From NCBI RefSeq assembly GCF_000143415.4, contig NW_003314383.1:257340-321339 (forward strand): 64,000 nt of DNA, in the 5' to 3' direction. The DNA is from Selaginella moellendorffii (lineage: Eukaryota; Plantae; Lycopodiophyta). A model generated the notes under the pieces. The model worked only from the letters and a program-made list of their open reading frames with translations. It did not search any database and had not been told where the DNA came from. A program made the translations under genes and the position numbers. Position 1 is the stretch's first letter; the number at the start of each line of letters is the position of its first letter. This document shows, piece by piece, positions 25,538-37,912 of the stretch.

Positions 25538-28500
25538 TGTAGCGCACGTGGTTTTTACCCTTTATCCTATGGTGATTTACCATAGGATAACACCATGAAG
25601 CAGAACCTAAACCCTCTTTGTGCCACGTGACAGATGCCATGTGTCATATGCCACGTGTCCAAAGGNNNNNNNNNNNNNNNNNNNNNNNNNNNNNNNNNNN
25701 NNNNNNNNNNNNNNNNNNNNNNNNNNNNNNNNNNNNNNNNNNNNNNNNNNNNNNNNNNNNNNNNNNNNNNNNNNNNNNNNNNNNNNNNNNNNNNNNNNNN
25801 NNNNNNNNNNNNNNNNNNNNNNNNNNNNNNNNNNNNNNNNNNNNNNNNNNNNNNNNNNNNNNNNNNNNNNNNNNNNNNNNNNNNNNNNNNNNNNNNNNNN
25901 NNNNNNNNNNNNNNNNNNNNNNNNNNNNNNNNNNNNNNNNNNNNNNNNNNNNNNNNNNNNNNNNNNNNNNNNNNNNNNNNNNNNNNNNNNNNNNNNNNNN
26001 NNNNNNNNNNNNNNNNNNNNNNNNNNNNNNNNNNNNNNNNNNNNNNNNNNNNNNNNNNNNNNNNNNNNNNNNNNNNNNNNNNNNNNNNNNNNNNNNNNNN
26101 NNNNNNNNNNNNNNNNNNNNNNNNNNNNNNNNNNNNNNNCACTTAGGATTCCGTCCTTATGCTTATCCGGCCAAGTACAGATGCAAAGTCCAGTTTACTA
26201 ACACTTGAACAAGAGGGGCTGATAAAGGGTCCAGCAATACCGACCTCCTGCCATCGTGGCAATAAGGTAAGAGTGTCTGTAAGGACTGGTCGACAGGTAA
26301 CTTTCGATACCCGAAAGTCACATGCGCGACACTCTCCCCCCCTAGGGAAGATCGACGTCCTCGTCGATGCATACTCGAGTCTAGAATACCGTCAAGAAAA
26401 CAACTCCAGAAAAAGTTCACGGTACTCACACTATGTGAGAAATGCACCAACTTAAATGAGTTAGGAGGCAACCTCTTTGTCTAACGCGGATGTGCTACCA
26501 GCTCAGACACCTTCCAACCGTCGCTGACAAGGAAATGACCAACGGAGTCAGCCACCCTTGCTGCTCTGGGAGTCACCCAGCTCACAAAAGTGTGATATGC
26601 CCTGCCCGCAGAGACATAGAGAGAGGAACTAGAGGCCCCAACCCTCATGAGCAAAGAAACCAAACCCGTTGGTAAGGTTTAGATAGACTACTGTAAACAG
26701 GCAGTTAGAGTTGTTTACACAGTCACGCCCTTTCAACGAAATAAGGAACATCGACAGAGAGGCGGGTGATGTGACCAGTCGACAGTAGCTACCCCATGAC
26801 TAGAGATTTCACCATGCACACAAAGTGCCGAAGCCAGTCTGCCCATTACTGGCCCAAACTCAAAGAACAATAGATGGACAATATCAAAGTTATAGACAAT
26901 GATATCTTAGAGTCGGAATTATCAGTGAATAAATCTTATATTAGAACACACAAGTATTCCAAGTATGTTATCATCTAATAAACTAGTATTATAGGATAGG
27001 AACCACCAAGATCACTATCATTGGAAAACATAGGATTAACCATCCAACAAAATTCAATAGCAAGTATATCATCAAGTAAACTCAATGATAAAACTTAACT
27101 ACCGAAGATGGTAGACAGGATGCCAAACAACTTACTAAAGATAACTCAAAGAACACAAAGTATCATTGACTAACAAGCACAATACTCGCGAATGTATCAC
27201 CCGAAGGAAATAACATCCTAATCTATAAGAACTAACTCGGGCAATAATCAACAGAACAAAATGAATGTTGCAAAGTAAGCAAATATAGTGTTCATGCCAA
27301 TCATTGCACTAGCCAATCCAGATAGATCCCAGCCAATAACACCAAGGAACTCAAGTTGCCTAAGCAAGTGTCAGCAACATCCTACTGATGTCTCAATCCC
27401 AAGAGACCAAACCAGAGCAAACCACAAATAATATATGGTATTGCGAAAAGCCATAAGCTATCAAAGATAAGAACTAACCATAATGAAAGATCATCAAAAT
27501 TATCCCATCAATAAAGAGATGCATAATCACCATCTAAGAAGGAATCCACCATCCTGAATAACGGCAAACCATTCTATACCAACAATAATTAAGCAAAACC
27601 TTTTTGACAAGGATAATCAACTATCCCAGATAATAGTCAATCATCACCAATGATTGCTAGATGCAAAAGCCAACTTCAACATCGAAGCTAATAAGTCAAA
27701 ATGTCTTCCCCAACAACTTCTAACAAATGGAACAACGAGCATAAAACTCAAAGAACCAAAAGTTCGAAGAAGTCTATAGCCAAGTCTTTCCTAACAATGA
27801 TCACAAGTCTCACATGAACTAACTTTAATGCTAAAGAAGAAATTATGGTGCAACCCACAACATTTTCCTCAACACATCCATAACCTAAACTTCATAATGC
27901 AAAGCTAATGAAGAGCATACTTGCATCAATCTAAAAGCTAAGCATAACAAAGTTATGCTCGACAAGTGATCACCAAACAATCCTCCATGAATCCATCTAT
28001 AACAAGACGTAACTCACTTCATAACAAACACAAGAAGAACCATCAATGATCGATATATTCCAACTCAAATCCAATAAGGATTCAAACATTCTAATATCAA
28101 TCACTAACTCTTCTGCTTGTAGAGTTAGCATCGTCCATGACTGAATACTTTTCAAGGAAAAGCCAAAGCTCAACCTTTACTAAATAATCTCGTCTAGAAC
28201 ACAACTAACTCAACTTGTCACTCAGTTTGTTTGAATGTCANNNNNNNNNNNNNNNNNNNNNNNNNNNNNNNNNNNNNNNNNNNNNNNNNNNNNNNNNNNN
28301 NNNNNNNNNNNNNNNNNNNNNNNNNNNNNNNNNNNNNNNNNNNNNNNNGAGACATCTCATTTCACTGAAATCTCAATATCAACAATGTCAATGACAAGGC
28401 ATCACTTCAATGCCATCAACACCAGAACAAAACGAGAAGAAAGCATGAGTGTATCACCACTCAAAACTCTCTAGCAACTAAGCTAACCAAGGTCGAAGAT

Positions 28501-31500
28501 ACTTTACTCAATATCCGAGACCAATTCTTCAACATTACTCAGGTACAGATAACACATCATCAAGGAGTGATTCACCACGTCCAGACTCAATGAAATCCAA
28601 CACCACAAACTAAATGCAACCAAATGATATCGACAGAGGTAGAGTCGATATGCCAACATGGAAAACCCATGTAAGTCTAACGACACGATCCTCCGCAACC
28701 CCATCCGGTAAAGCAAGCCCATCACTGCTAAATCATCATCAAGCGAAGCAAGTGTCAAAAGCCTTTGACAAAGTCTACAAGTAATCACTAGTCGCAAAGC
28801 AACTAACAATCACTCTTTCAACTTGCCTTCACAAGACCCAAACACTAAACTCACGTCATCGAGTCATACACTTGTCCAACATAAATGTGATACCTCCGGT
28901 ATGAGATAAAAGTACATAGACAAGCACAAACCAAATGACCACTCAAATCCAACTCAACCACGATAAGCCCACCAAAGCATTTAGCCAATAGCTCTGAGCA
29001 TGCCTTGAAGAGGCTAGCTATGCATGATCAATACTCAGCTGAAACTAAAGTGAAGACCATGAGATGGATCCATATCGGTACACAACCTCCTCATGGACAA
29101 AGCTATAATACGGGTACCAACATCTCAAACTCAAAGAACTAAGTTGAACATCACCATCCTCAGCCAAGACACAAGGCCACCAAGACCAAGTCAAGATCAG
29201 TGAGAGCTCACTACTCTCATAGAGTCTAACAAAATGCAAAGTGCAACCTGCCACCAAGCATAACGCTACAAANNNNNNNNNNNNNNNNNNNNNNNNNNNN
29301 NNNNNNNNNNNNNNNNNNNNNNNNNNNNNNNNNNNNNNNNNNNNNNNNNNNNNNNNNNNNNNNNNNNNNNNNNNNNNNNNNNNNNNNNNNNNNNNNNNNN
29401 NNNNNNNNNNNNNNNNNNNNNNNNNNNNNNNNNNNNNNNNNNNNNNNNNAGTTTGTATTGGCTTTCGACAAACGGAATGGTTTTTGAGCAAAGTGATAAC
29501 AGATCAGCCATTAGAAAAGTCTAAGAAAATTTGTGGAAAAATCTTTCCATTCTAAAGAAAGAATGACTCTCAGTCTAGGAATGCAAACTTTCAAGACTCA
29601 ACCAATTTCCTCCTACCAACAACTTCACATAGGTTCACCTCAACACAAATTCTCATGACCCATAGTATGCTTAAGCCTCGAACATCTTTACCCATCTAAC
29701 CGATATCTAACACCGACATCCGCAAAATGCAAAGTGAACACCCAAGGCTTGATCACGAAGACCACATCTTCGGATATCCATATTGCATTAACACTCTTCT
29801 TCAATCACCTTCAAAATTCAATGTGAAGTCAAAACACTAACAAGAAAAATGACATGAAAAATCAAGGTTTAAGGAAAATTCCTCATCACTCGAAATAACA
29901 ATGCCACTTCCACTAACACCAGTGCTAGCAATGTCAATGCCCCAACTACACACCTTCTCCATCCAACAATCTACTCCAAGTGCTAACGGATCAACAGATG
30001 AGCTATAGCAAATGAATGCTACAACCCATTTCTAACACCTAATAGGCAAACTCAAAGAAACAAGGTACCAACATAAGCTTAGTATAATGGACCATCACTG
30101 AGAATCCAGTCAAAGCTACTACAATGCTACTTCGTGCAAGTAGACTAGCTTCACTATCAAGCACTTTGGGGTTGATCATCATTTACCCAAGCAACTTCGT
30201 AAACACATTGCTCACTATCACATGGATATGATATAAGTATCACAATGACTTGATCATCAATCAAGCAACACTATGAGCAATGCCCATGTCATTACTTCAA
30301 AGGTTTATGTGAATATCAAGTGTCAACTCGATTCGACAAAATGCAACATAAATGCCACACCCCACCAATAGAGATTTAGAACACCCGACACCACTAACTT
30401 TTGTTTACATCACAGACAAACTCATGCCACTCTCTTTCTGACCAATCTCAAAACTAATCCAACACCAAGCTACACAAGGAGCAATAGCAAGGTTCCCCGG
30501 AAAAGAATTAAGCATTGCAACCCAAGTCTTCCAATAGCAAGCCTAGACAAAATGGTATAGCACTTCACCGCTATCCATCCCACAACTCACCATTGTAATG
30601 CCACCATCTCCAACATGCATCAAGATAGGGACTCTTGATTGCATGATGTGAACACAAGCAATGAGTTAACACCTCGTTGCAAATCATCTCTCCAAGAAGA
30701 GAAAATGATTTACGTATTTGATCCTTCGTCGCCGATGACTCTCGTTTCGGTCTCATCTTTGACCAAACCTCAAGCTTGCTTTCGCACTGCCTTCAGTTCA
30801 ATCGAAGAAAAGTTTATGAGAGAGCACGGCCATGACTACTTGAACCAATAGACTAATTCCTATAATCTTGATTGATCCACTTGTAACCATGCCTAGGAAG
30901 GATCTACTAGTGCCATGCTAAACAGCTACGGGCTAGCCTATTTGCCACTCATAGCAAACCCAGGGAGGTTTGCTTTCACCCATGGTACATGGAACAACTT
31001 ATGGAACCACTGGAACCAATGCGAAGTCTTTGCACCCTAACGTGTACCACTCAGATCATCGTTTTCATCTCTGCGTATGCAACGAGACTAGTTGCCCAAT
31101 CTCATTGGATAATACTCGCCGAGACTCATTCTCTGATACCAAATGTAGCGCACATGGTTTTTACCCTTTATCCTATGGTGATTTACCATAGGATAACACC
31201 ACGAAGCGGAACCTAAACCCTCTTTGTGCCACGTGACAGATGCCATGTGTCATATGCCACATGTCCAAAGGACCGTGGTGTGGAACCTGAGGTTTAGGGC
31301 CTTGGGCCACTGAACGAAGGAACGGTGCCAAACTCCCAAACATGGAGCCAAGGAGTGACGGAACCGAACCATGAAGCAACTCCCGAGCGTACAGCCCAAG
31401 GAGCAAAGGGACAGGAGCCCGGAGTGACTTGGAACAGTCCTAGAGCAACCAGCATCCCAATGCCAGGACTAACATGCAAAATGGAGCCAAATGAAGTCTG

Positions 31501-32299
31501 GCGCTATTTCGGCATACCGGTGGCCTAACGTGAGGATATGGGTACTCCACCAACTAGCATGGAATGGAACTTGGGCTTAGACCCAAGCCAGACACAGAAC
31601 AAGGACAGGCACGCAAGCGGGAGCTAGACTATGCCTCAAGTTGGTCAGCCATGCCCGACCTACCCACTATCCCTACTATACATTTGGAACCCCCCACAGC
31701 CCCCCCCCCCCCCCCCCCCCTTGAGGAACACATGCTTTGGGCTTTCACCCCAAGCCTCCCTTAGTATCAGGAGTTAGTCTCTGGGACAAGCTCGAAACTT
31801 ACTAAATATGGAATGTTCTTAGATTGTGAATTTGGACACGGGACGAACACCATTGTGTTCAGGCCGATCTCTACATTCCGTAGATGTGCCAAATGAGCAA
31901 ATCTGGACACTTTCCATAAATAGCATTTGGGACCGAAATGAGACTAACACAAAGGGCATGATAGCGAGGGTGTTTGGCAGACACAGTAAGCTATCATGTA
32001 GCGATATTGAGGGACCAATCTCAATACGCGAGGGTTCTTGTCAAGCCAGTGCAAGATAGAGCAAAAGAGAACTAAAAAGCCAAGCCAAGTATGCTTGGCT
32101 GAATAGACACTTAGGAATTCCGTCCTTATGCTCATCCGGCCAAGTACAGATGCAAAGTCTAGTTTACTAACACTTGAACAAGAGGGGCTGATAAAGGGTC
32201 CAGCAATACCGACCTCCTGCCATCGTGGCAGTAAGGTAAGAGTGTCTGTAAGGACTGGTCAACAGGTAACTTTCGATACCCGAAGTCACATGCGTGACA
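25538..32299 (-). mobile_element. Nested LTR retroelement (family 3), ~1.15-kb LTRs (25538-26331 gapped; 31144-32299), no intact ORF
   Basis: TG...CA termini, 5-bp TSD GCAAT (25533-25537, 32300-32304), iMet PBS complement ctctgatacca at ~31131, PPT complement ctctccccccc after 26331. Confidence 0.93.
25666..26139. other. Assembly gap (further gaps 28241-28348, 29273-29449)
   Basis: Runs of N; the duplicate copy at 52564-59663 is ungapped at these positions. Confidence 0.99.
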
Positions 32300-35200
32300 G
32301 CAATGATCCCTTTGAATGTCCGAACGAGCCGTTTCACCAGACTGTCTAATTGTGGATGATAAGCACTCGTGAAAGTGTGGCGTATCCCCAACCGAGATGT
32401 CAAAACATGAAATGCCTCAACCATAAATGTGGGACCATTATCCGAAAAAATCCGCTCTAGACAAGAATGCTAGAACACCACTCGATTGAGGAGGAAGTAT
32501 CCAACAGCAGCTGCAAAGGCACTAGCAAGAGCACCAACTTCCACCTAACAAGTCAAGTAGTCAGAAGCAATAATTACATATTCATTGCCAACAGTCGACT
32601 ATGGAAAAGGTCTCATAAGATCAAACGCCACCAACTCAAACGGACAGGAAACTACAATTGACTCTAACCATCCTTCCGCAACACGAGGGGGAGTATTATG
32701 AGCTTGGCACCAAATGCAACTATGCACATACCGGATAATATCACGTCGCATCTTTGGCCAATAGAAAGACTTGTGCAACTTCTTGATTACATGACGATGT
32801 CCCATATGCCCACCTAGAACAGAAGAATTATGGTAGGCATGGAGAAACCGCAGAATAAAGACAGAAGGCACCACTAGCCATAAATGATCATCAGGATCCA
32901 TCCCCATAAAATAAAGAAGGCCGTCGTCAAGGCGATATTGAGAATGTAAATGCTGGAAAGGCAAGTCATCAGCAAGTGATGCAGGATTCTCAAACCCATC
33001 TCGAAGCCTTCAAATCCACGGCTCAATCTTTTGAGCCTCACAAATCTCATCAAGAGAAGGTAGATCTTGCTCTATGCCTTGTGGACATTGAACGTCAAGT
33101 ATAGCAACCGCCGATAGCATAGAATCCTTGTCTAAAAAATCCATAGATGCATGAGCAACAGGCTCGTCAGAAACATGATAAGAGAGTGGAGAAGGAAGAG
33201 GAGCTCGAAAAAGGGCATCAGCATCAACCATAGAACTCCTTGGGCAATGAATAACATTAAAATTATATATCTGAAGCTTCAAAGCCCATCGAGCAATACG
33301 ACCAATCAGGTTCTTCTACTTCAATAATGAAGTAATAGTAGCATGGTCACTTTCAAGTAATGTCCGAGAACCATGTAAATATACATGAAGTTTCTCGAAA
33401 CCCCAGACTGTCGCTAAACACTCCTTTTCTGTCATGGAGTAGTTTATCTCTGCTAGTTGTAATGTATGGTTTATATACGCAATGGGATGGCGCTGACCAA
33501 GCACACTCGAGCTCTCTTGCATCAACACACCTCCAACACCAATATCAAAAGCATCCACACGCAAAATAAAAGGTCGAGTGTAGTTAGGATATGCCAAAAC
33601 CGGAGGAGTCGTCAATAGCTTTTTGAGATCCACAAACGTCTGCTCACAATCCGAAAACCAGATGAAAGATGATAATAATGACTTCAGCAACCCTCGCAAC
33701 GGTGCAATGCGATCAGAAAAATGATCCACAAAACAACTGAGATACTACACCTTGCCTAAGAAGCACTGCACATCATTCACACACTTCAGAGTAGGGAACT
33801 TTAGAACAACCACAAGTTTGTTAGGATCAACTTGCAAACCCTCACGAGAAATATGGTACGCAAGATAAGTTGTGTCTTTGGACCCAAACATGCACTTCGA
33901 CCGCTTCAGCTTTAAACCAACGTCGCGAAACCAATCCAACACTTTACAAACATCACGAATATGCTCCTCCCACGTCTCTTCCGAGTGGATCAAAACATCA
34001 TCAATGAAGTCAATAATCACTTCTGGCATATCGCAAAGAACCTCGTCCATTATCCATTGGAAAGTTGCTGGAACATTGTTCAAACCAAATGGCATCACCA
34101 AGAACTCGTACAAACCAAATGGGGTACGAAAAGCAGTTTTAGGATTATCTTCTTTGGCCATCAGTACTTGCCAGTACTCAGAAGCAAGATCCAGCTTGGT
34201 GAACCAATGACTTTGCCCCAGACGATCCAAGAGATCAACAGTGTGAGGAAGAGGGTACACATTCAAGATCGTCACTTCGTTTAATGAACAATAGTCAATG
34301 TAGAAACGAATACTCCCATTAGGTTTTGTCACAAGATAAGGTTCACATGCCCATACCTCTGCTTCCATTACTTTTGTTCCTCCACTATTTCCTCTTATGT
34401 TTTCGTCTTGTTCTGTTCTTCCTTATTCTGATCCCTCCAATAATCTTTGTGTTGCAACGGTTGACCAGCTCATGAAAGAGTATTCTAATCTCTTTGAATT
34501 TGACCTATCCTCTAGGGCCAAAATTGCCACACGTCATCCGATTCCAACCGGGATGCTCGTCCAATCAAGGTTCCTATTCAAGGAGATCAAGATTTTACTT
34601 GCAAACGTAAAGGAGATGTTGGACAAGGGTGTTATTCGGAAGTTGCAAAGTCCTTGAAGTAGAGGGATGAAGAAGTATGGAAGTAAGAGGAATGGATAAA
34701 ATATAAGGAAGTATGAGACAAGGGGGAGAAGCCTCAAAGTTACACTTGGCATGATTGTGCTACAACTAATCCATACCAAGAATGAGATCAAAAGTTTGAC
34801 TCAACACCACCCCCAATGATTGCAATTCAAGCTCGAGATCGCCCATATGCACAACCAAGTCTGCCTCATCCCGTGAACATGCATGTGTACGGCTGTTGCC
34901 ATAAAGAATGAAAACTGGTTTTGCCGCACGACGCAAGTGTAGACGGTAACGTATGGCAACAGGTCGAGCAATAGAAGATAAACTCGAATCTATATCAACT
35001 AACACGGAGAGAATAATAGGAGACCTCTTGTTATAAAAATGAGCTTGGAAAGTAAACACTGGATGAACGGGTGTCGAATGAACCCCTTGATGATACTCCC
35101 AAAAGAAAGATGGAGGGGTCACTAACTTATTCGCGCAAGGTCCCTCAGTTACTCGCGCGACTCTTTATTTCCCAGATACATCTCAGTGTCCAAACCTTCC

Positions 35201-36529
35201 ATTACAATAGCACCAACGGGATGTTGCTGACGCCAAGGTCTTCATCTAGGAAATGGAGGTCGCCAATCCAGAAAACCTCGACAACACCAATAAGTATGAC
35301 TAATTTCATCATACGCCCAGCAACAAACATCACGGCCATGGCCACGTCCTCGCCCTTATCCTTGGACTCGAGCAGCAGGAACATCAAACTCCATTGGAAC
35401 AAGACTATCACCTATAGGAAGTGGAACTGAAGGACGTGCAGCAAGAAGTGGAAAAGGTGACGTCTCATAATGTTGTGCCAAACGAAGAGCATCGTCAAGG
35501 GTGGCGAGAGCAAGTGCATGCACAAGTCCGACAAGATCTTGACGAAGTGTTGGCCACAATATTCGTAGCTTGATCCGCTCTGACATACTTGGCTTTGCAT
35601 GAAGCAAAAGACTTCAAAAACGAACACTAAATTGCATCACCGACTCAAATGGCCCTTGGCAAAGACGATGCAATTGTTGGAAGGCATCATCACAGTCATC
35701 GGCATGTCCAAAGGTGCATTTGAAGATGTCCAAGAGAACACTCCAATCCTTACGAGTGGCTGCGCTTAAACAATTGTACCACTGCAATGTCGTCCCTTGG
35801 AGACACGTGGGAAACTCACGCAAACATTAAGCATCATCCCAAGAATGATATGTGGCAATCATCGTGAAGTGATCGAACCAATGGTACACATCATCCCCAG
35901 GATTCCCGCGAAAGAACTCCAGCCAAATGCGAGGATTGGCACCAAGAGCAGGAGGAGTTGTACCCTATGCTATGAACACCACCATTAACTGAGTTTGGTT
36001 GTTCAATTGCAAACACATAACATTAAGCAATTGTACCAACTGCTGCTCCAGAGTCAAAGGAGGAGATTGTTGATCAGCCATGAAGACGAATGAAAAAGAA
36101 AGAGCAAAAGAAGAGAAATGACAAAAAGCTAGAAAGAAATGGTAAATCTAGACAATGCAAAAAGCTAAATCTAAACCAAAAGAAAGAACAAAATAAAGGA
36201 GATGGAAAAAGCTAGATTTAGATAATGCAAAAACTAGATCTAAACCAAAATCCCAAATCCAAGCACTCCTTAGGGACAATCAAAGGTGCCCTTCAACTCC
36301 ACTAATGTGAGTGCTTAGAATATAGAAAGGAAATTTAAAAATATGCATATCAATTAGCCCAAAAGCCTAGTTTATATATAAGAGTGAGTGGTCCAGATTG
36401 AAACTAATCTGACGGCTACAAAAATCCCACTATGCTAATATTAGTATACAGTATCATAGCTGTACACTTGGCCCTCATAGTTTAATATAAAATAAAATAA
36501 ATATAGTATTATGAGGTATGGCTACAGAT

Positions 36530-37235
36530 CTAAGGCCCAAGTACATAGCTATGAATATGAAGTCTAAATGTATGGCTACAATACTTTATATTAATATTAT
36601 TTATATAATATAATATTTATTACGTGCTGGGATTTTGATAGCTATTAGATTGGTTTCAATCAAGACCACTCAATCTTATATATAAATTAAAGGTTTTAGG
36701 CTAATTAGATATATAAATTTCTATATTCCATACACTCATATTGACAAAGTTGAGGGGCAGTCTTGATTGTTTTTGAGGATATATTTTTATTTTAGATCTA
36801 GTTTTTGGTTTAGATAATTAATGTAGCTGTTTAATGTTATATGGTTGAAACTAAACAATTAACTTCAGTTGATGGTGACATTCATGGCAAATAGTGCAAA
36901 TTTTCTTACTTTTTTTACCCATCTTTATGTCTGGCCAAATGTTTTCTATAGAAATCCCAAGAATGATATTAATCACTTTAAAATGATTGCCAATTATCAT
37001 TCTTGAAATGATATTTAATGTTTGCAATGGTTTCCCATATGTCTCCAAGAAATATTGTTGTAGTGGTACAAGAGTTTAAGTGTGGAACCTCCTCCTAGAT
37101 GTCTTCAAGTATGCATTTCAAAATGCTGATAATTGTGATGATGTTTTCTAACAATTGCATCATTTTTGTCAAGGACCATCTAAGTTAATTATACAATATA
37201 ATATTTGAATCTAGAGCCTCTTACTTTATGTAGAG
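36530..37235 (+). mobile_element. Decayed family-2 5' LTR, PBS and gag fragment, inverted relative to the adjacent element
   Basis: Reverse-complement similarity to ~35650-36479; spurious ORF 36851-37048 mirrors 35797-35988. Confidence 0.75.
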
Positions 37236-37912
37236 CTTAAGTAAAGAAAAATTAGAAATGTTTTCAAAAGAAATATAAAAATGATTTGCTACACTCTTTA
37301 AATGTACCAATGCTTTGTTTGTTTAATAGTAGTGCTTATTTTTTATTAATCTAGTTGATTGATAGAATTTCTAAATACAAGATTAAATTTATTACACGTT
37401 AACCATTAAATGTTCTAGCATTAAATGTTAGAATATCCTAGAATATTCAAATATATTCTAAATATCTACTACCAAATTTAAATGGGGACAGAGTTCCTTC
37501 AAGATTTCCAAAGACAATTCTAGGTAACTTAATATTTAAAAGGCCAAGTGTAAATGGACATCTGTATTATCTCAATCAAACAAGTGATAACCAACTTTCC
37601 ATTATCCAAACAAACATCCATAAAACATTTATTAAAATCATGCAAATGGAACCTGCCCAAGGCCTACAACTGGACAGCCCATGTGCCTTCAGCCATTATC
37701 ACTTTATTGTTATAGATAGAATTATAATAAAAAAAGTGTAAAGAATAAATAGAAATTTCTATGTTGTACTTATTGAGTTTTTTCAAGTAATCTACATATA
37801 GGAGGAGCTTGAACTAAGACGTATCTCATTTTAATTTAATTCTTAATCTAGATTTATACTTATCATTATATTACCCTAAACCGTAAATATCCAAGAATAT
37901 TTAAGATATTGT

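Larger units (their letters stand above)
24735..36479 (-). mobile_element. Full-length but decayed Ty3/gypsy retrotransposon (family 2) with short LTRs 24735-24899 and 36306-36479, interrupted in the integrase by a nested element
   Basis: Order gag, protease (LVDIDSS), RT (KLDLASEYWQ, MPFGL, FIDD), RNase H (LRVDAFDIGVGGVL, TEKECLA), integrase (GGHMGH..CIWCQAH, WKGPYQV); PPT complement next to 24899; PBS TGGTGGAG-like next to 36306; many stops and frameshifts. No matching TSD seen. Confidence 0.93.

Noticed and set aside
25567-26208. ORFs full of X (also ~28235 and ~29045-29555)
   Set aside because: Artefacts of N gaps.
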